The notes: generated by a model not told the origin, from the letters alone. A stretch of 64,000 bases of DNA from a virus (IMGVR_UViG_3300025849_003344), one strand, 5' to 3'; positions 35,798-45,745 are shown, numbered from the stretch's first letter. Numbers and translations are program-made.

Positions 35798-36389
35798 AAA
35801 GGCTTAAGCCGTTATAATCTCTGACTAATCTTCTCATTACTTCACGTTGCCATGCGTAATCATTCTTATATCCAAAGACAACATCATTAGAACGCATCTG
35901 AACTACAGAATGTAGAATGCTATCACGAATATAGTAAGTGACACTGTTAGTACAAATAAAATCCGATTTTCCATTTTCATTAAACTCCAACCAAATAGAC
36001 GGCCTATTGTAGATCATAGAAGCGCGCCGGCCGTCTGGTCTTTCTAACAATTCATCTAGCACACAACCATATTGATTATAGTATTTGTCTGAAAAGATAA
36101 GATGTCCATAATTAGAATTAATTTCACCATGTTTATTTGCAGCGTACTCCCAAGCTTTTGGAGGTACTTCGCGAATATCATTAATGTTTGTAGATTGGCT
36201 GTCATACCATTCTAATTCTTCTTGAACATAATCATAGCTGACTGTTCCAAAGATAGCTGGCTCATCAGCAATAAAAGATGCGCCAAGCATTTCTATTGTC
36301 TTAGCGCCGGTCTTATCGATTGTATAAGCTTCGTCTTTTAGTTCATCAATAAAATATTGACGAATGTCACGGACTGCTGTCATTTGCAT
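35706..36389 (-). CDS. 42: Thymidylate synthase homologue, gp42-like dCMP hydroxymethylase
   Basis: NSNYG, RRASMIYNRP, DFICT, MRSNDVVFGYKNDYAWQ with Asp at the pyrimidine-specificity position as in T4 gp42. Confidence 0.8.
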   Translation of the reverse strand: MQMTAVRDIRQYFIDELKDEAYTIDKTGAKTIEMLGASFIADEPAIFGTVSYDYVQEELEWYDSQSTNINDIREVPPKAWEYAANKHGEINSNYGHLIFSDKYYNQYGCVLDELLERPDGRRASMIYNRPSIWLEFNENGKSDFICTNSVTYYIRDSILHSVVQMRSNDVVFGYKNDYAWQREVMRRLVRDYNGLSLYDDGAQIEEGSITWQVQNLHVYEKHFHLVK

Positions 36390-36789
36390 ATTGAACTCTC
36401 TTTCTCAAATCAGACGACGAGAACCTATGGTCTCGCTTATTAAAATAAAGTTGAATGCCACGTTTGCGACACTCATCCTTACCAGTAAAATCTTTATCTC
36501 TGTACTCTTCACCAAGAATACGTACATCAATTGGATACATGTTTATTATATCACATAAATCAGATTCTGTACAATAAATAATTACCTCATCAACATATTT
36601 TATTGCTGCTAACTGAGCCTGTCTTTCTACTATCGATTGAACAGGTTGATTCTTTTTTGGTCTATCAAGCGTTGGATCTACTTGTAAACCACAAATCAAA
36701 TAGTCACAAACAGACTTTGCTTCACGTAACATGGCAACATGTCCCGCGTGAAGTAAATCAAATGTGGATGCTGTAAATCCTACTTTCAC
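36367..36789 (-). CDS. Cytidylyltransferase, TagD-like
   Basis: TFDLLHAGH, LGEEY, RFSSSDLR. Confidence 0.85.
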   Translation of the reverse strand: MKVGFTASTFDLLHAGHVAMLREAKSVCDYLICGLQVDPTLDRPKKNQPVQSIVERQAQLAAIKYVDEVIIYCTESDLCDIINMYPIDVRILGEEYRDKDFTGKDECRKRGIQLYFNKRDHRFSSSDLRKRVQYANDSSP

Positions 36790-37127
36790 GCGTGGCCTAC
36801 TGTTTCTCGTTTAATATCGTTGTGATTAAACTCAGCCCAGTACAACTCAAACGCTACGCCATCTTCAAGACATTCGAATTGATGATATACACCTGGCTTG
36901 ACCTTTGTGTACATTCCAGGCTCGAGAATGGTTTCATCAACCAAGTCGTAGTCTTTCTGCCATACACGAATAAGCATACGACCCGACTCTACATAGAATC
37001 CATTCCACTTAAATTCATGAAGATGCTTAGAACACACTCCACCTTTATTCATTTCAATGCGATGGAATTCCAAAGCACCATTTGCTTCTACGAGTTCCGT
37101 ATTTCCCCACACCTTACCTGCGATCAT
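36786..37127 (-). CDS. Cupin, sugar isomerase-like
   Basis: KVWG, CSKHLH..K.NGF.V.SG, PG..HQF. Confidence 0.7.
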   Translation of the reverse strand: MIAGKVWGNTELVEANGALEFHRIEMNKGGVCSKHLHEFKWNGFYVESGRMLIRVWQKDYDLVDETILEPGMYTKVKPGVYHQFECLEDGVAFELYWAEFNHNDIKRETVGHA

Positions 37128-37360
37128 TCTAATTCTCCTCGCTGTGATTTTATCACCTGTTCATACATAAAAAATAATTGCTCAAACTTCCACTGATAAA
37201 GTTGCTGAATCCCCATGAGGGCGTTCATCATCTCATCGTGGGTAGGCTCACGTTCACCATCACCGATCTGTTTGAACACTGTCTCAAGATCATTACATAT
37301 ATGCCAACAGTCCATAATTGGCTGTTCAAGATCGTATAGTTTCATTCCATTTCCTTGCAT
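37124..37360 (-). CDS. Hypothetical protein
   Basis: 78 aa; [11 protein letters not shown]...[10 protein letters not shown]. Confidence 0.55.
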   Translation of the reverse strand: MQGNGMKLYDLEQPIMDCWHICNDLETVFKQIGDGEREPTHDEMMNALMGIQQLYQWKFEQLFFMYEQVIKSQRGELE

Positions 37361-38009
37361 CTTCTGCTGTGTTAATTTCTATTCCATTAAACTCGCATGG
37401 AAATACACCTATATCCCAGCCATTTTTTAGCCAACGTAATTGTTCTAATCCTTCTATTCGTTCTTCGCGGGTGCCTGTCAAACCTGGATACATTTCTAGG
37501 GCATTTCGCTTGTATCCATAGATACCTAAATGCCAATCTCCATATCCTGTTATGCCTCTACCAAACCACAAACATTTATCAGCTGCTCTCACTAACTTAA
37601 CTGTGTTGGGATCATTCTGCTGTTCTTCTGGCATCATAGCACACATAGTAGTAACAGAATAATTTTTTAAATGCCAGATAGTCTTTTCAATCATCTCTTG
37701 CGTCACATCTGGCATGTCACCTTGTACGTTAATGAACTGATCATATTGCTTAAAGAACCGAGACTTTATAGCACCTGCGCATCTCTCTGTTCCATTAGAA
37801 TATTCAGTTTTATCTATCCAACAATTATTAGATCCAAATAAGGAAAAAATACGCATATCATCTGTCAACACATAAGTGTCGATGCCGGATTGTACGCAAT
37901 TATCGTAGACACGTTGAATCATTGGCGCGCCGCCCAGATCTACAAGCGGTTTGCCAGGAAATCTTGTAGAATTATATCTAGCTGGAATAAGTATTGCTGT
38001 TGACGTCAT
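37326..38009 (-). CDS. kdsB: CMP-KDO synthetase
   Basis: [39 protein letters not shown]. Confidence 0.9.
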   Translation of the reverse strand: MTSTAILIPARYNSTRFPGKPLVDLGGAPMIQRVYDNCVQSGIDTYVLTDDMRIFSLFGSNNCWIDKTEYSNGTERCAGAIKSRFFKQYDQFINVQGDMPDVTQEMIEKTIWHLKNYSVTTMCAMMPEEQQNDPNTVKLVRAADKCLWFGRGITGYGDWHLGIYGYKRNALEMYPGLTGTREERIEGLEQLRWLKNGWDIGVFPCEFNGIEINTAEDARKWNETIRS

Positions 38010-38760
38010 AATTAAACTCTACTATCTGCTCTACTACTTTATCAAAATCTTCTAATTTTAACATATTAGGTCCATCACTTGGCGCATTGTCTGGATCTTC
38101 ATGTACTTCTATGAAGAAGTTTGAAACACCCAAAGCAGAAGCAGACCTGCAAAGACCTGGGACATAATCCCTATTACCCCCACTACTATCACCTTGTCCT
38201 CCTGGCTTTTGCACTGAGTGAGTGGCATCAAGTACAATATTATCAAAATTGTCAAGCATGTACTGCAGGCCAGTAAAATCAACAACCAAGGTATTATATC
38301 CAAAACTTGTACCTCTTTCGGTGATCCAGACTTCTTTAGCATCCTTTGTTTTACTAAGAATGCCTTTAACATCCCACGGTGCTAGGAACTGGCCTTTCTT
38401 AATATTAACAATGCAATCGGTGTTACAAGCAGCTAAAATAAGATCTGTTTGTCGACATAGAAATGCAGGAATCTGTAAAACATCTACAAAACTTCGGCAT
38501 CTACTTATTTGTCCCTCGGTGTGAACATCTGTTAAAATCTTTATACCAAGAGTTTCCTTTAAAGCTAAGAGATCCGGAAGAGCAGCATCAATTCCTACAC
38601 CGCGCTCGCCACTTAGAGACGTGCGATTAGCCTTATCAAAACTTGCTTTAAAATAATACTCTATGCCATACTTATTACATATCTCATTGCAATGCTCAGC
38701 AATTTTTAAAGACTGTTCAAATGATTCGTGCTGGCACGGTCCTGCAATTATTCTTATCAT
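37978..38760 (-). CDS. kdsA: KDO-8-phosphate synthase
   Basis: IAGPC, KASFDKANRTS, IPAFLCRQTDL, KKGQF, ERG, DATHSVQ. Confidence 0.95.
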   Translation of the reverse strand: MIRIIAGPCQHESFEQSLKIAEHCNEICNKYGIEYYFKASFDKANRTSLSGERGVGIDAALPDLLALKETLGIKILTDVHTEGQISRCRSFVDVLQIPAFLCRQTDLILAACNTDCIVNIKKGQFLAPWDVKGILSKTKDAKEVWITERGTSFGYNTLVVDFTGLQYMLDNFDNIVLDATHSVQKPGGQGDSSGGNRDYVPGLCRSASALGVSNFFIEVHEDPDNAPSDGPNMLKLEDFDKVVEQIVEFNYDVNSNTYSS

Positions 38761-38879
38761 TTAATAAAGTTCTCTTTAGGATTTCTTAATTCTTCTATAC
38801 GAATGTAAGCAGCATTCAATTGTTCTTGAAGCTGCCTAACATTTTCTTCTAGAATTTTTATATGCTCATCCTTCGTCAT
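38757..38879 (-). CDS. 40 aa coiled-coil peptide
   Basis: Hand translation MTKDEHIKILEENVRQLQEQLNAAYIRIEEL. Confidence 0.45.
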   Translation of the reverse strand: MTKDEHIKILEENVRQLQEQLNAAYIRIEELRNPKENFIK

Positions 38880-39210
38880 TTTTCTTTACTCTATTTAAGA
38901 AATCGCGATTAGGGTCTTGACCGTCAATTTTACCACGAGAATAGGCAACAGCAAACGAAGAATAATTAATTAGATCTTTGAGCGAATCTTCAACACCTTC
39001 AAAGTTAGGCTCATAGTTAGGATCATTCTCCATAGCTTCGAGTACAGACCATAGACGAATAGTCTTTGTGTTAATCAATTCCATGATTGACATGACGCCG
39101 CGTGGATAATAATCAGCTTGACGAATACGTGAGTTTTCGTTTTGATAATCGTTAGATTTTCTTGCTTGAATTTCTGCACATTCTTGCAGGACTTTTAGTG
39201 ATTCTTTCAT
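38866..39210 (-). CDS. Nucleotide-modification-associated domain (DUF1599/Nmad1-like)
   Basis: KSNDY, KTIRL, EDSLKDLINYS. Confidence 0.6.
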   Translation of the reverse strand: MKESLKVLQECAEIQARKSNDYQNENSRIRQADYYPRGVMSIMELINTKTIRLWSVLEAMENDPNYEPNFEGVEDSLKDLINYSSFAVAYSRGKIDGQDPNRDFLNRVKKNDEG

Positions 39211-39212
39211 CT

Positions 39213-39539
39213 TTATGCTGCTTTCATTTTATATAGATTAGTAGGACGATTAGTACGACCGTATTGACCTTTATCTTCGACATAAATCTTTTGACGTGTT
39301 CCAGAGCTATGATCGAAAGCTATACCTTTTTTTGCCATTGTACGCATTCTATCTTGAATAAGACTTTGAAATAATGGATCAGTAGCATGACCGCCGATCA
39401 GACCAATCATGTCGCTACCGGTAATATTACTATGGCTTGAGAATCTATGTAACTGATTAAAACATATTACCTCAGCTTGATGTCTATACGCAGCTCTTAC
39501 TGCAGCTTTTTTTAACTTTTCTTTTTCTTCACTATTCAT
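39213..39539 (-). CDS. Hypothetical protein
   Basis: 108 aa; own early promoter. Confidence 0.55.
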   Translation of the reverse strand: MNSEEKEKLKKAAVRAAYRHQAEVICFNQLHRFSSHSNITGSDMIGLIGGHATDPLFQSLIQDRMRTMAKKGIAFDHSSGTRQKIYVEDKGQYGRTNRPTNLYKMKAA

Positions 39540-39559
39540 AACATATCCTTTCTCACTCT

Positions 39560-39588
39560 ATTATAACACAACATTCAATTGTTGTACA
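39560..39588 (-). promoter_or_regulatory. Early promoter
   Basis: TGTACA-N17-TATAAT. Confidence 0.75.
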
Positions 39589-40007
39589 TAGTTATTTAAT
39601 ATTTCACTTGACGAATTTGTTTTCTTTCCACCGACATTAAATTCCCATTTCATCCAAGGATGATCGCCATATTTTAAATATTCAGGGGTATTTTCTAAGC
39701 TTCTATCTCCGCCATTTGCAAATAACAAATACGATGCATTATGGCCTAATACTTTATCTATAGCATCATTCGAAGTTCCATCGTCATCATTAAATGATAT
39801 GACGTCACTTACATATTTAATAGCACCTAAAACCGCTGCTCGTTCTTCAAAGGGTAGAAAGAATTTACCTTTTTTTCTGATCAGCCATTCGTCAGAATTT
39901 AGTCCTACTATTAATCTGTATCCAAGCGACCTAGCTTCCTTTAGATATGAAATGTGTCCTGAGTGAACAGGATCAAATCCTCCGGTAACTAATACTATAT
40001 TAGGCAA
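39561..40007 (-). CDS. Cytidylyl/adenylyltransferase, RfaE-II-like
   Basis: GGFDPVHSGH, GLNSD, FANGGDR, KTNSSS. Confidence 0.85.
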   Translation of the reverse strand: MPNIVLVTGGFDPVHSGHISYLKEARSLGYRLIVGLNSDEWLIRKKGKFFLPFEERAAVLGAIKYVSDVISFNDDDGTSNDAIDKVLGHNASYLLFANGGDRSLENTPEYLKYGDHPWMKWEFNVGGKKTNSSSEILNNYVQQLNVVL

Positions 40008-40470
40008 CTTTACAATACCATCCTGTAAATTGACTATCTATTAATCTGCTAATTACACTTTCTGCTTTTTCGTATTTTATAAATTTGTGCGGAACAATAT
40101 CGCCAACTTGAAATAATTTATCCGTATCTTCAGTAGTATAAAATAAAAAATGTGTTAACATATTCTTTTCAAAAATAGATTGTTTTAAATTATATAAAGT
40201 TTTAGGATCTGTAATATTAAAATTATCAGTTGCGCATCTTTTTAAATCTGTCAAATGCGGCGGATTAAAATTAAAGATTAGGTCGTGTCTCCATCTATGA
40301 CTAGGAGGATTAGCAAGTTTATTTTTAATTAACCACCATTCAAGAAAGAGGTAATCGCAATTTTTTTCACTTTTATAGCTACCTTGATTCCAGTGATGAT
40401 TTCTATAATCAATAAAGTCTTGCGTAACAACCAGATCTCTATTAATAAGATTAGATATTTTTGTAGACAT
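40000..40470 (-). CDS. Hypothetical protein
   Basis: 156 aa, AT-rich. Confidence 0.55.
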   Translation of the reverse strand: MSTKISNLINRDLVVTQDFIDYRNHHWNQGSYKSEKNCDYLFLEWWLIKNKLANPPSHRWRHDLIFNFNPPHLTDLKRCATDNFNITDPKTLYNLKQSIFEKNMLTHFLFYTTEDTDKLFQVGDIVPHKFIKYEKAESVISRLIDSQFTGWYCKVA

Positions 40471-41392
40471 ATTCTAATGCTCTATCTGCTTCAACGTCCA
40501 TAGGACGGTTTTCATACCAATTGCCAGTTCCCATATCAAACTCTCGACATAGATTAGTTATCTCATGTGACGTGATCGGATACTGTCGTTCAACAGCTCT
40601 TGCCGCAACCGCAACCATTATCTGATACATCTTATGATACCAGCCAGTATTTGAAATGATTTGATATTCTCCGGCCAGTTTCTTTGGCCAGAAAGGACAG
40701 TCACGATAACTTGTCCATACTATATTTGTATTATCTAGTTTTGATTTTTTGTGTTCAAGAACTTGTTTTTGTAAAGCTTCAGGGAGTCTATCGATAAAGT
40801 TTTTGCTTGATTTTTGTGCGTACTCATGTTTTGCCATGAGTTTGAATGGATCAATATGTTCGCCATCATCATTAGAAAAGATGAAGTTATAAGCATTATC
40901 GTAAGTTGCCGGAATATAATACATACGAGATAAATCTTTAGTCTGTTTATCTGCCATGTTACCAAGCTCTGAGTTGAGAGCATACCAGAAGTGCTTGATT
41001 TTATCTTGCTCAACGAAAGATTTAAGTGGGAAAACTACACGAAATTTTGGAAATTCATGAGTGCTACTAGCGGTACTATAACACACATATGTGTAATTAC
41101 CAAAGCGCTCATTAAGTTCATCTTCTAGTTTGCCCTTAAAAACGTGATCGTCAACATCAATAGCAGCCCAACCTGCCCAAGCATCCACATTCTTGTTGGC
41201 CCTAGTTGTATCAGAAACGTATACAGCTGGCGATATAAGTTGCGCATCTTTTTTTCCCTTTACAGGTTGTTTAGACAATTTATAGAAAAGCTCCGAGAGC
41301 TGTTGCCAGTTCTCGAAGTCCATTCTACGATGTGTTTTATTATCAAAGACGCTCTTAAAGAGCGTTAGCGAAATCGCCATGGTTACCCTCAT
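40451..41392 (-). CDS. AEP-superfamily primase/PrimPol-like protein
   Basis: AAIDVDD (DxD), YSTASS, KFRVVFPL, KDLSRMYY. Confidence 0.7.
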   Translation of the reverse strand: MRVTMAISLTLFKSVFDNKTHRRMDFENWQQLSELFYKLSKQPVKGKKDAQLISPAVYVSDTTRANKNVDAWAGWAAIDVDDHVFKGKLEDELNERFGNYTYVCYSTASSTHEFPKFRVVFPLKSFVEQDKIKHFWYALNSELGNMADKQTKDLSRMYYIPATYDNAYNFIFSNDDGEHIDPFKLMAKHEYAQKSSKNFIDRLPEALQKQVLEHKKSKLDNTNIVWTSYRDCPFWPKKLAGEYQIISNTGWYHKMYQIMVAVAARAVERQYPITSHEITNLCREFDMGTGNWYENRPMDVEADRALEYVYKNI

Positions 41393-41765
41393 GATCAGGA
41401 CCCTGCCAGTCAGCAGGTTTAATTAAGTCTGGTAAACCAAATGGATTAGGTCGACCAGGTTTCACTCCAGATTCTTTTGACATATTTGCTTCATAGATAG
41501 CGTCCCATGCTTTATTAGCATCGACACCAAATACGTCAAGCGTGCCAATAGCAAATACGCACATATCAATTAGCCCATCAACAATCTCTTCTGGATCTTT
41601 ATTGTCAAATGCATCTAGCGTTTCGCCTAGTTCTTCTTGGCACATTGATAAACGAAACTTGAGATACGTAGCCATTAAATCTTTATCGTCTTTATTTTTT
41701 TCAAACCATTCTTTGACACCAAATTTATTATGCATCATATAAATGTCATTAGCCCAATCGCTCAT
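41355..41765 (-). CDS. MazG/HisE-like dNTP pyrophosphohydrolase
   Basis: EELGE, EEIVDGLID, YEANMSK, DLIKP. Confidence 0.8.
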   Translation of the reverse strand: MSDWANDIYMMHNKFGVKEWFEKNKDDKDLMATYLKFRLSMCQEELGETLDAFDNKDPEEIVDGLIDMCVFAIGTLDVFGVDANKAWDAIYEANMSKESGVKPGRPNPFGLPDLIKPADWQGPDHEGNHGDFANAL

Positions 41766-41977
41766 TAGTATATTTTCCTCACTTGATAGTTAAATTGGTC
41801 AGTAGTTTTAATGTTAATTTTGCGACCCTTCATATCTCTGCCTTTAAGAGACGTTTGGTCAATCTTACTTAGTTCTGATAGTTCAAAGAACTGTGTTCTC
41901 TTAGTACCATCACTTTCATTGTACCATATTGTGACTTCGTACTTATCATACAAAAGCCTTTTTAGCCAGTTTGTCAT
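41765..41977 (-). CDS. Hypothetical protein
   Basis: 70 aa coupled to gp43. Confidence 0.6.
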   Translation of the reverse strand: MTNWLKRLLYDKYEVTIWYNESDGTKRTQFFELSELSKIDQTSLKGRDMKGRKINIKTTDQFNYQVRKIY

Positions 41978-44499
41978 ATAAAGAAATCCTCCAACGTGTT
42001 TGTATTATCATAGTTAATAAACCAACCAGTCGGATCCAGAATAGGTTTTAATGGATCGCTAAACGTTTTTGAATATTGCATATCGTAATCCACGTACTTA
42101 TCTAAACCGAATTCTTTTGGCAAATAATCAGGGAATGCGATAACATTCTCATTGATAGGATTAGGAGTTTTGAGATAACAGAACTTAACCTTTTCGCCGT
42201 TTTGAATTTTAGTATATTTCTTGTGCAAATTATATTTGTCGATAAGACCATTATACAACAAACTGCCACGAATGTGAATAGGCGTTCCCTTTTTATATGC
42301 GATTTTTTCACCTTTTTTTGTTGCCCACTTGGTTACCTCTCGGGCGCCACGTGGGAAGGATATCGATTCAGGCGGAAACGAACGAAACTCATTATAGAAA
42401 TCTGTGATAAATTGTTGTGTATCTGTTTCATTACCATTTATAATAATTTTAAACGCTTGCTTAAATTTATCACGTACAACTTCAGGAGTTGAAGACTTAA
42501 TAGCTTCAATACCCATAATCTTAAGTTTGGGTTCGGCGTACTGAACACCTTCTGAGTTATGCACATTTAGAATGTATCGCTTCTTAGCAGTCCAGATACC
42601 ACGATCAGCAATAACTTCTCTACCCATTTCCATACGTGGCTTGTAAGCATTCATCTGATCAAACAATAATGCGTATGTTTTACTAAGCACTGACTCAAAA
42701 TGTTCTGAGCATATTTTATCCAGAAACTTGACAGGATCTTTAGGTTTAAAATGATCTACGAGACCGCCCATGTTAATATACAAAGAATCAGTATCAATAG
42801 CGATAACATAGTCAACATTATTAGTCTTGAGTATATTGTTCATCTCCTCGTTAATAGCTCTTTCGGCCCATATAACTGATAGCTGGCCTGACAAGGTGAT
42901 GCCTTCGGCCATTCGCATATCAAAGTATCGGAAATATTTATTACCGAGTGCGCCATAAAGAGAGTTGAGTAGAATCTTAATAGCCATCTGCCGATTATTA
43001 TATCGATTGATTTCTCGCTCAAGCTCTACGGTTTTGTTCTTCTGGTATTTTTGCTCAACACTAAGCATCTCTTTTTTGATTTGAGAACGCTCACTATAAT
43101 AGGCCTCAATAATCTTAGGCAAAATACCTTGAAAGTCTTTATGGTATGTAGAGCCATTAGCCGCCACAGAATGTGGAGATGTGACCTTGTCTTCTAAGTT
43201 AAGGTAATAATCAACACCAGACCGCTCTGTCTGACCTATAAGCGTCTCAGGTGACATGTTGTATTGTACGATCAGGTTTGGATACAGAGAATTAAGATCG
43301 AAGGATACTACCCAGTCGTGCAGACCGACTTGAGGTTCTTTTACATAACCGCCTGGATATGGGTTCTTAATCTTTTCATTGTTAGGCGGTATGGCAATTT
43401 TTTTCTTGTTAAGCTCGCGATAGATAATAGAATCCCATATAGCCGTAGTGCCAAATGTATCGGCAAGATTGACTCCACCACGATATGCCATAGTTTGTGC
43501 CAACTGAATAAGACCCATCTTTTCTTCGATGCGGTTAACTAGCTGAACGTCTTTGATGTTATAGTCTATAAACTTTTGATGATCTTCTTTATACAAGGTA
43601 TATAGATTGCCATGTTCTTCGTACGATAATTTCTTTTCGCCGAGAACAACATGAGCGATGTGATCAAGCTTGTATGATTCTTGTGCGCCATATGAGTAAC
43701 CGAATTTCTTAAATAGTTCTAGATAGTCGGCTTGTTGTACGCCGACGATTTCATAACCGTATTGTGTACGGCCAGTAATTTCTGTATTACGCTCATTCAC
43801 CATATTCCATGGAGACAAGCGTCTTACGGCTTCAGCAGATCCAATACGTGCGATGCGATTAATAAGATAAGGAATATCGAAAAAACGACTGTTCCAACCA
43901 GTGACGATGTCTGGACGATTTTCGCACCAGAACTTATGGAAACTAGCCAGAAGAGCTTCTTCAGTATCAAACTTACGATATTGAATAAGATCGCCATACA
44001 TTTCAATGGCACATTTTTCATAGTTGTAATCTCCTAGACCCCAAACGTGGTAGATAGATGACTGACTTGATTTAAGAGCAATTGAGATAATCGGTTGAAT
44101 AGCTTCTTCAGGTTTTGGGAAACCGTCATCAGACGCAACCTCGATATCAAAGTTAACAACATTGACGTGTGAAGGATTAAATTTAATTTCTTCTGGAAAC
44201 ATGTCGGTAATACATTGCTGAATATAGTTTGTATTACCGTAGACTTTAAATTGATCGATATCTTTATATTGGTCAATAAAGTTACGAGCCTCTTTCATGG
44301 ATGCAAAACCCATAGGCTCGACTGGCGTACCATCGAGGGCTAGCCAGTCTGTGTTTTTATTTTTACTTGGAATAAAAAGTGTTGGTGAGTATTTAATTTT
44401 CTTTTCAACACGCACGCCATTGTCGTTGTAACCGCAATATAGGATCTGATTACCGTAGCGGTTTACTGATGTGTAAAATGACAAATGATAGACCTCCAA
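41974..44499 (-). CDS. 43: Family B DNA polymerase gp43 (probable TTG start at 44484)
   Basis: FDIE, GWNS..FD, YNIKD, SFDLNSLYP, KILLNSLYG, IDTDS. Confidence 0.98.
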   Translation of the reverse strand: MEVYHLSFYTSVNRYGNQILYCGYNDNGVRVEKKIKYSPTLFIPSKNKNTDWLALDGTPVEPMGFASMKEARNFIDQYKDIDQFKVYGNTNYIQQCITDMFPEEIKFNPSHVNVVNFDIEVASDDGFPKPEEAIQPIISIALKSSQSSIYHVWGLGDYNYEKCAIEMYGDLIQYRKFDTEEALLASFHKFWCENRPDIVTGWNSRFFDIPYLINRIARIGSAEAVRRLSPWNMVNERNTEITGRTQYGYEIVGVQQADYLELFKKFGYSYGAQESYKLDHIAHVVLGEKKLSYEEHGNLYTLYKEDHQKFIDYNIKDVQLVNRIEEKMGLIQLAQTMAYRGGVNLADTFGTTAIWDSIIYRELNKKKIAIPPNNEKIKNPYPGGYVKEPQVGLHDWVVSFDLNSLYPNLIVQYNMSPETLIGQTERSGVDYYLNLEDKVTSPHSVAANGSTYHKDFQGILPKIIEAYYSERSQIKKEMLSVEQKYQKNKTVELEREINRYNNRQMAIKILLNSLYGALGNKYFRYFDMRMAEGITLSGQLSVIWAERAINEEMNNILKTNNVDYVIAIDTDSLYINMGGLVDHFKPKDPVKFLDKICSEHFESVLSKTYALLFDQMNAYKPRMEMGREVIADRGIWTAKKRYILNVHNSEGVQYAEPKLKIMGIEAIKSSTPEVVRDKFKQAFKIIINGNETDTQQFITDFYNEFRSFPPESISFPRGAREVTKWATKKGEKIAYKKGTPIHIRGSLLYNGLIDKYNLHKKYTKIQNGEKVKFCYLKTPNPINENVIAFPDYLPKEFGLDKYVDYDMQYSKTFSDPLKPILDPTGWFINYDNTNTLEDFFI

Positions 44500-44510
44500 T
44501 GAATATGTTT

Positions 44511-44539
44511 ATTCTAACACGAAATGAAGGGAAAGTACA
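44511..44539 (-). promoter_or_regulatory. Promoter for gp43
   Basis: TGTACT-N17-TAGAAT. Confidence 0.7.
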
Positions 44540-44578
44540 CAACTATTTTCAGTTGTGTACTTATTTAATATACAGCTA

Positions 44579-44791
44579 TTAGGTTTTGCTAGAAACAAAA
44601 GAATACATTTCTTTTGCTTTCTCCTGAAGTTCTTCCATCGTATACATTTGTGGAACATCTTCGATTGTTTTTTTGCCAGCTTCCATCATTTGAGTGAAGA
44701 GGACCGTATTTAATTCTACTTGTTTATCCATATAGTCTTTTGCCATTGCAAGAATATCTGCACGGATTTCGAAGGGATTTTTATTAGACAT
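44579..44791 (-). CDS. Conserved hypothetical protein
   Basis: KNPFEIRADILAMAKDY; AGGAGA SD. Confidence 0.65.
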   Translation of the reverse strand: MSNKNPFEIRADILAMAKDYMDKQVELNTVLFTQMMEAGKKTIEDVPQMYTMEELQEKAKEMYSFVSSKT

Positions 44792-44814
44792 ATTGTCTCC
44801 TGTGTGTGTTTGTG

Positions 44815-45015
44815 TTATTTTAGGTATTTATTTACCATTTCAAGTAAATCATCATATTTGGCTACTTCATCAAGTTCTTTTTCAATTTCCTCAATGATGT
44901 CTCCATTGTTGCCAACTCCAACTGGATTGGCAAGCAATACTTCTACGTTTGCTAAGTGTTTATCAACATGACCTTTTGCATGCGATACAAAGCATTCAAG
45001 TAATCGATCTCTCAT
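44815..45015 (-). CDS. Hypothetical protein
   Basis: 66 aa; NPVGVG..DIIEEIEKEL. Confidence 0.6.
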   Translation of the reverse strand: MRDRLLECFVSHAKGHVDKHLANVEVLLANPVGVGNNGDIIEEIEKELDEVAKYDDLLEMVNKYLK

Positions 45016-45374
45016 TAGTAATGTTCTCCATCAGCTGCCCGACCATTATACTTAGATCCAGACTGTAGCAATTTATTAATTGAGTCTGGATTGTTTTCTG
45101 CTTGACGGAATGTTATCGCCGTAATTGTAATACCGCTAATTAATAGAAGATGAAATACAGCGCTAAGTCCGAATGCAATTATGCTGCCAACCATTAGGGC
45201 AAAGATACCACTCCAAATAAAGAACAAACATTGGAATACCATATGAGCTACCATAGGATCTAGTTTCCGAAGCGGCGAGTTCTCGATTGTCATTACGCTA
45301 TCCCACATTTCTCGTGGGAGTTTTACAAGTTCTGTAAGGGTAGTTTCCCACCCGATAGGTTTATTATATTTCAT
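45015..45374 (-). CDS. Small membrane protein
   Basis: SPLRKLDP...HMVFQCLFFIWS; 2 TMs. Confidence 0.65.
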   Translation of the reverse strand: MKYNKPIGWETTLTELVKLPREMWDSVMTIENSPLRKLDPMVAHMVFQCLFFIWSGIFALMVGSIIAFGLSAVFHLLLISGITITAITFRQAENNPDSINKLLQSGSKYNGRAADGEHY

Positions 45375-45745
45375 TATTCCTCACCCATTGATTGCAAATA
45401 TGCAATTATGTCTGCGCGCTTGGCTTCTTTCTTTTCCTTAAAGTTCATCTTTGTACGTTTAACCAACTTCTTTGAGTTAGTTAGCCAAGCGTCCATAAGC
45501 TCAGGTGTCCATTTAGGATTCTCTTCAGCCCAAGCAACAAACGTTTTACTATATTTATATTTCTCGGTTACGCCTGTGCCGCGGTTCATAATATTCCAAA
45601 GGTTAGGTCCAGTCTTATTTTTTCCGCCTTCTTCAATACTATGACATGATGCGCATTTCTTAAAGTTTTTTTCGCCTTTAGCGACGTCACCGGCAAAAGC
45701 AGTTGATGCCGATAAAACTAATAATGTAGTAATTGTTTTAATCAT
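45374..45745 (-). CDS. Class I c-type cytochrome, cytochrome c2/CycM-like
   Basis: Signal peptide, CASCH, KTGPNL, axial Met in TKMNF. Confidence 0.92.
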   Translation of the reverse strand: MIKTITTLLVLSASTAFAGDVAKGEKNFKKCASCHSIEEGGKNKTGPNLWNIMNRGTGVTEKYKYSKTFVAWAEENPKWTPELMDAWLTNSKKLVKRTKMNFKEKKEAKRADIIAYLQSMGEE

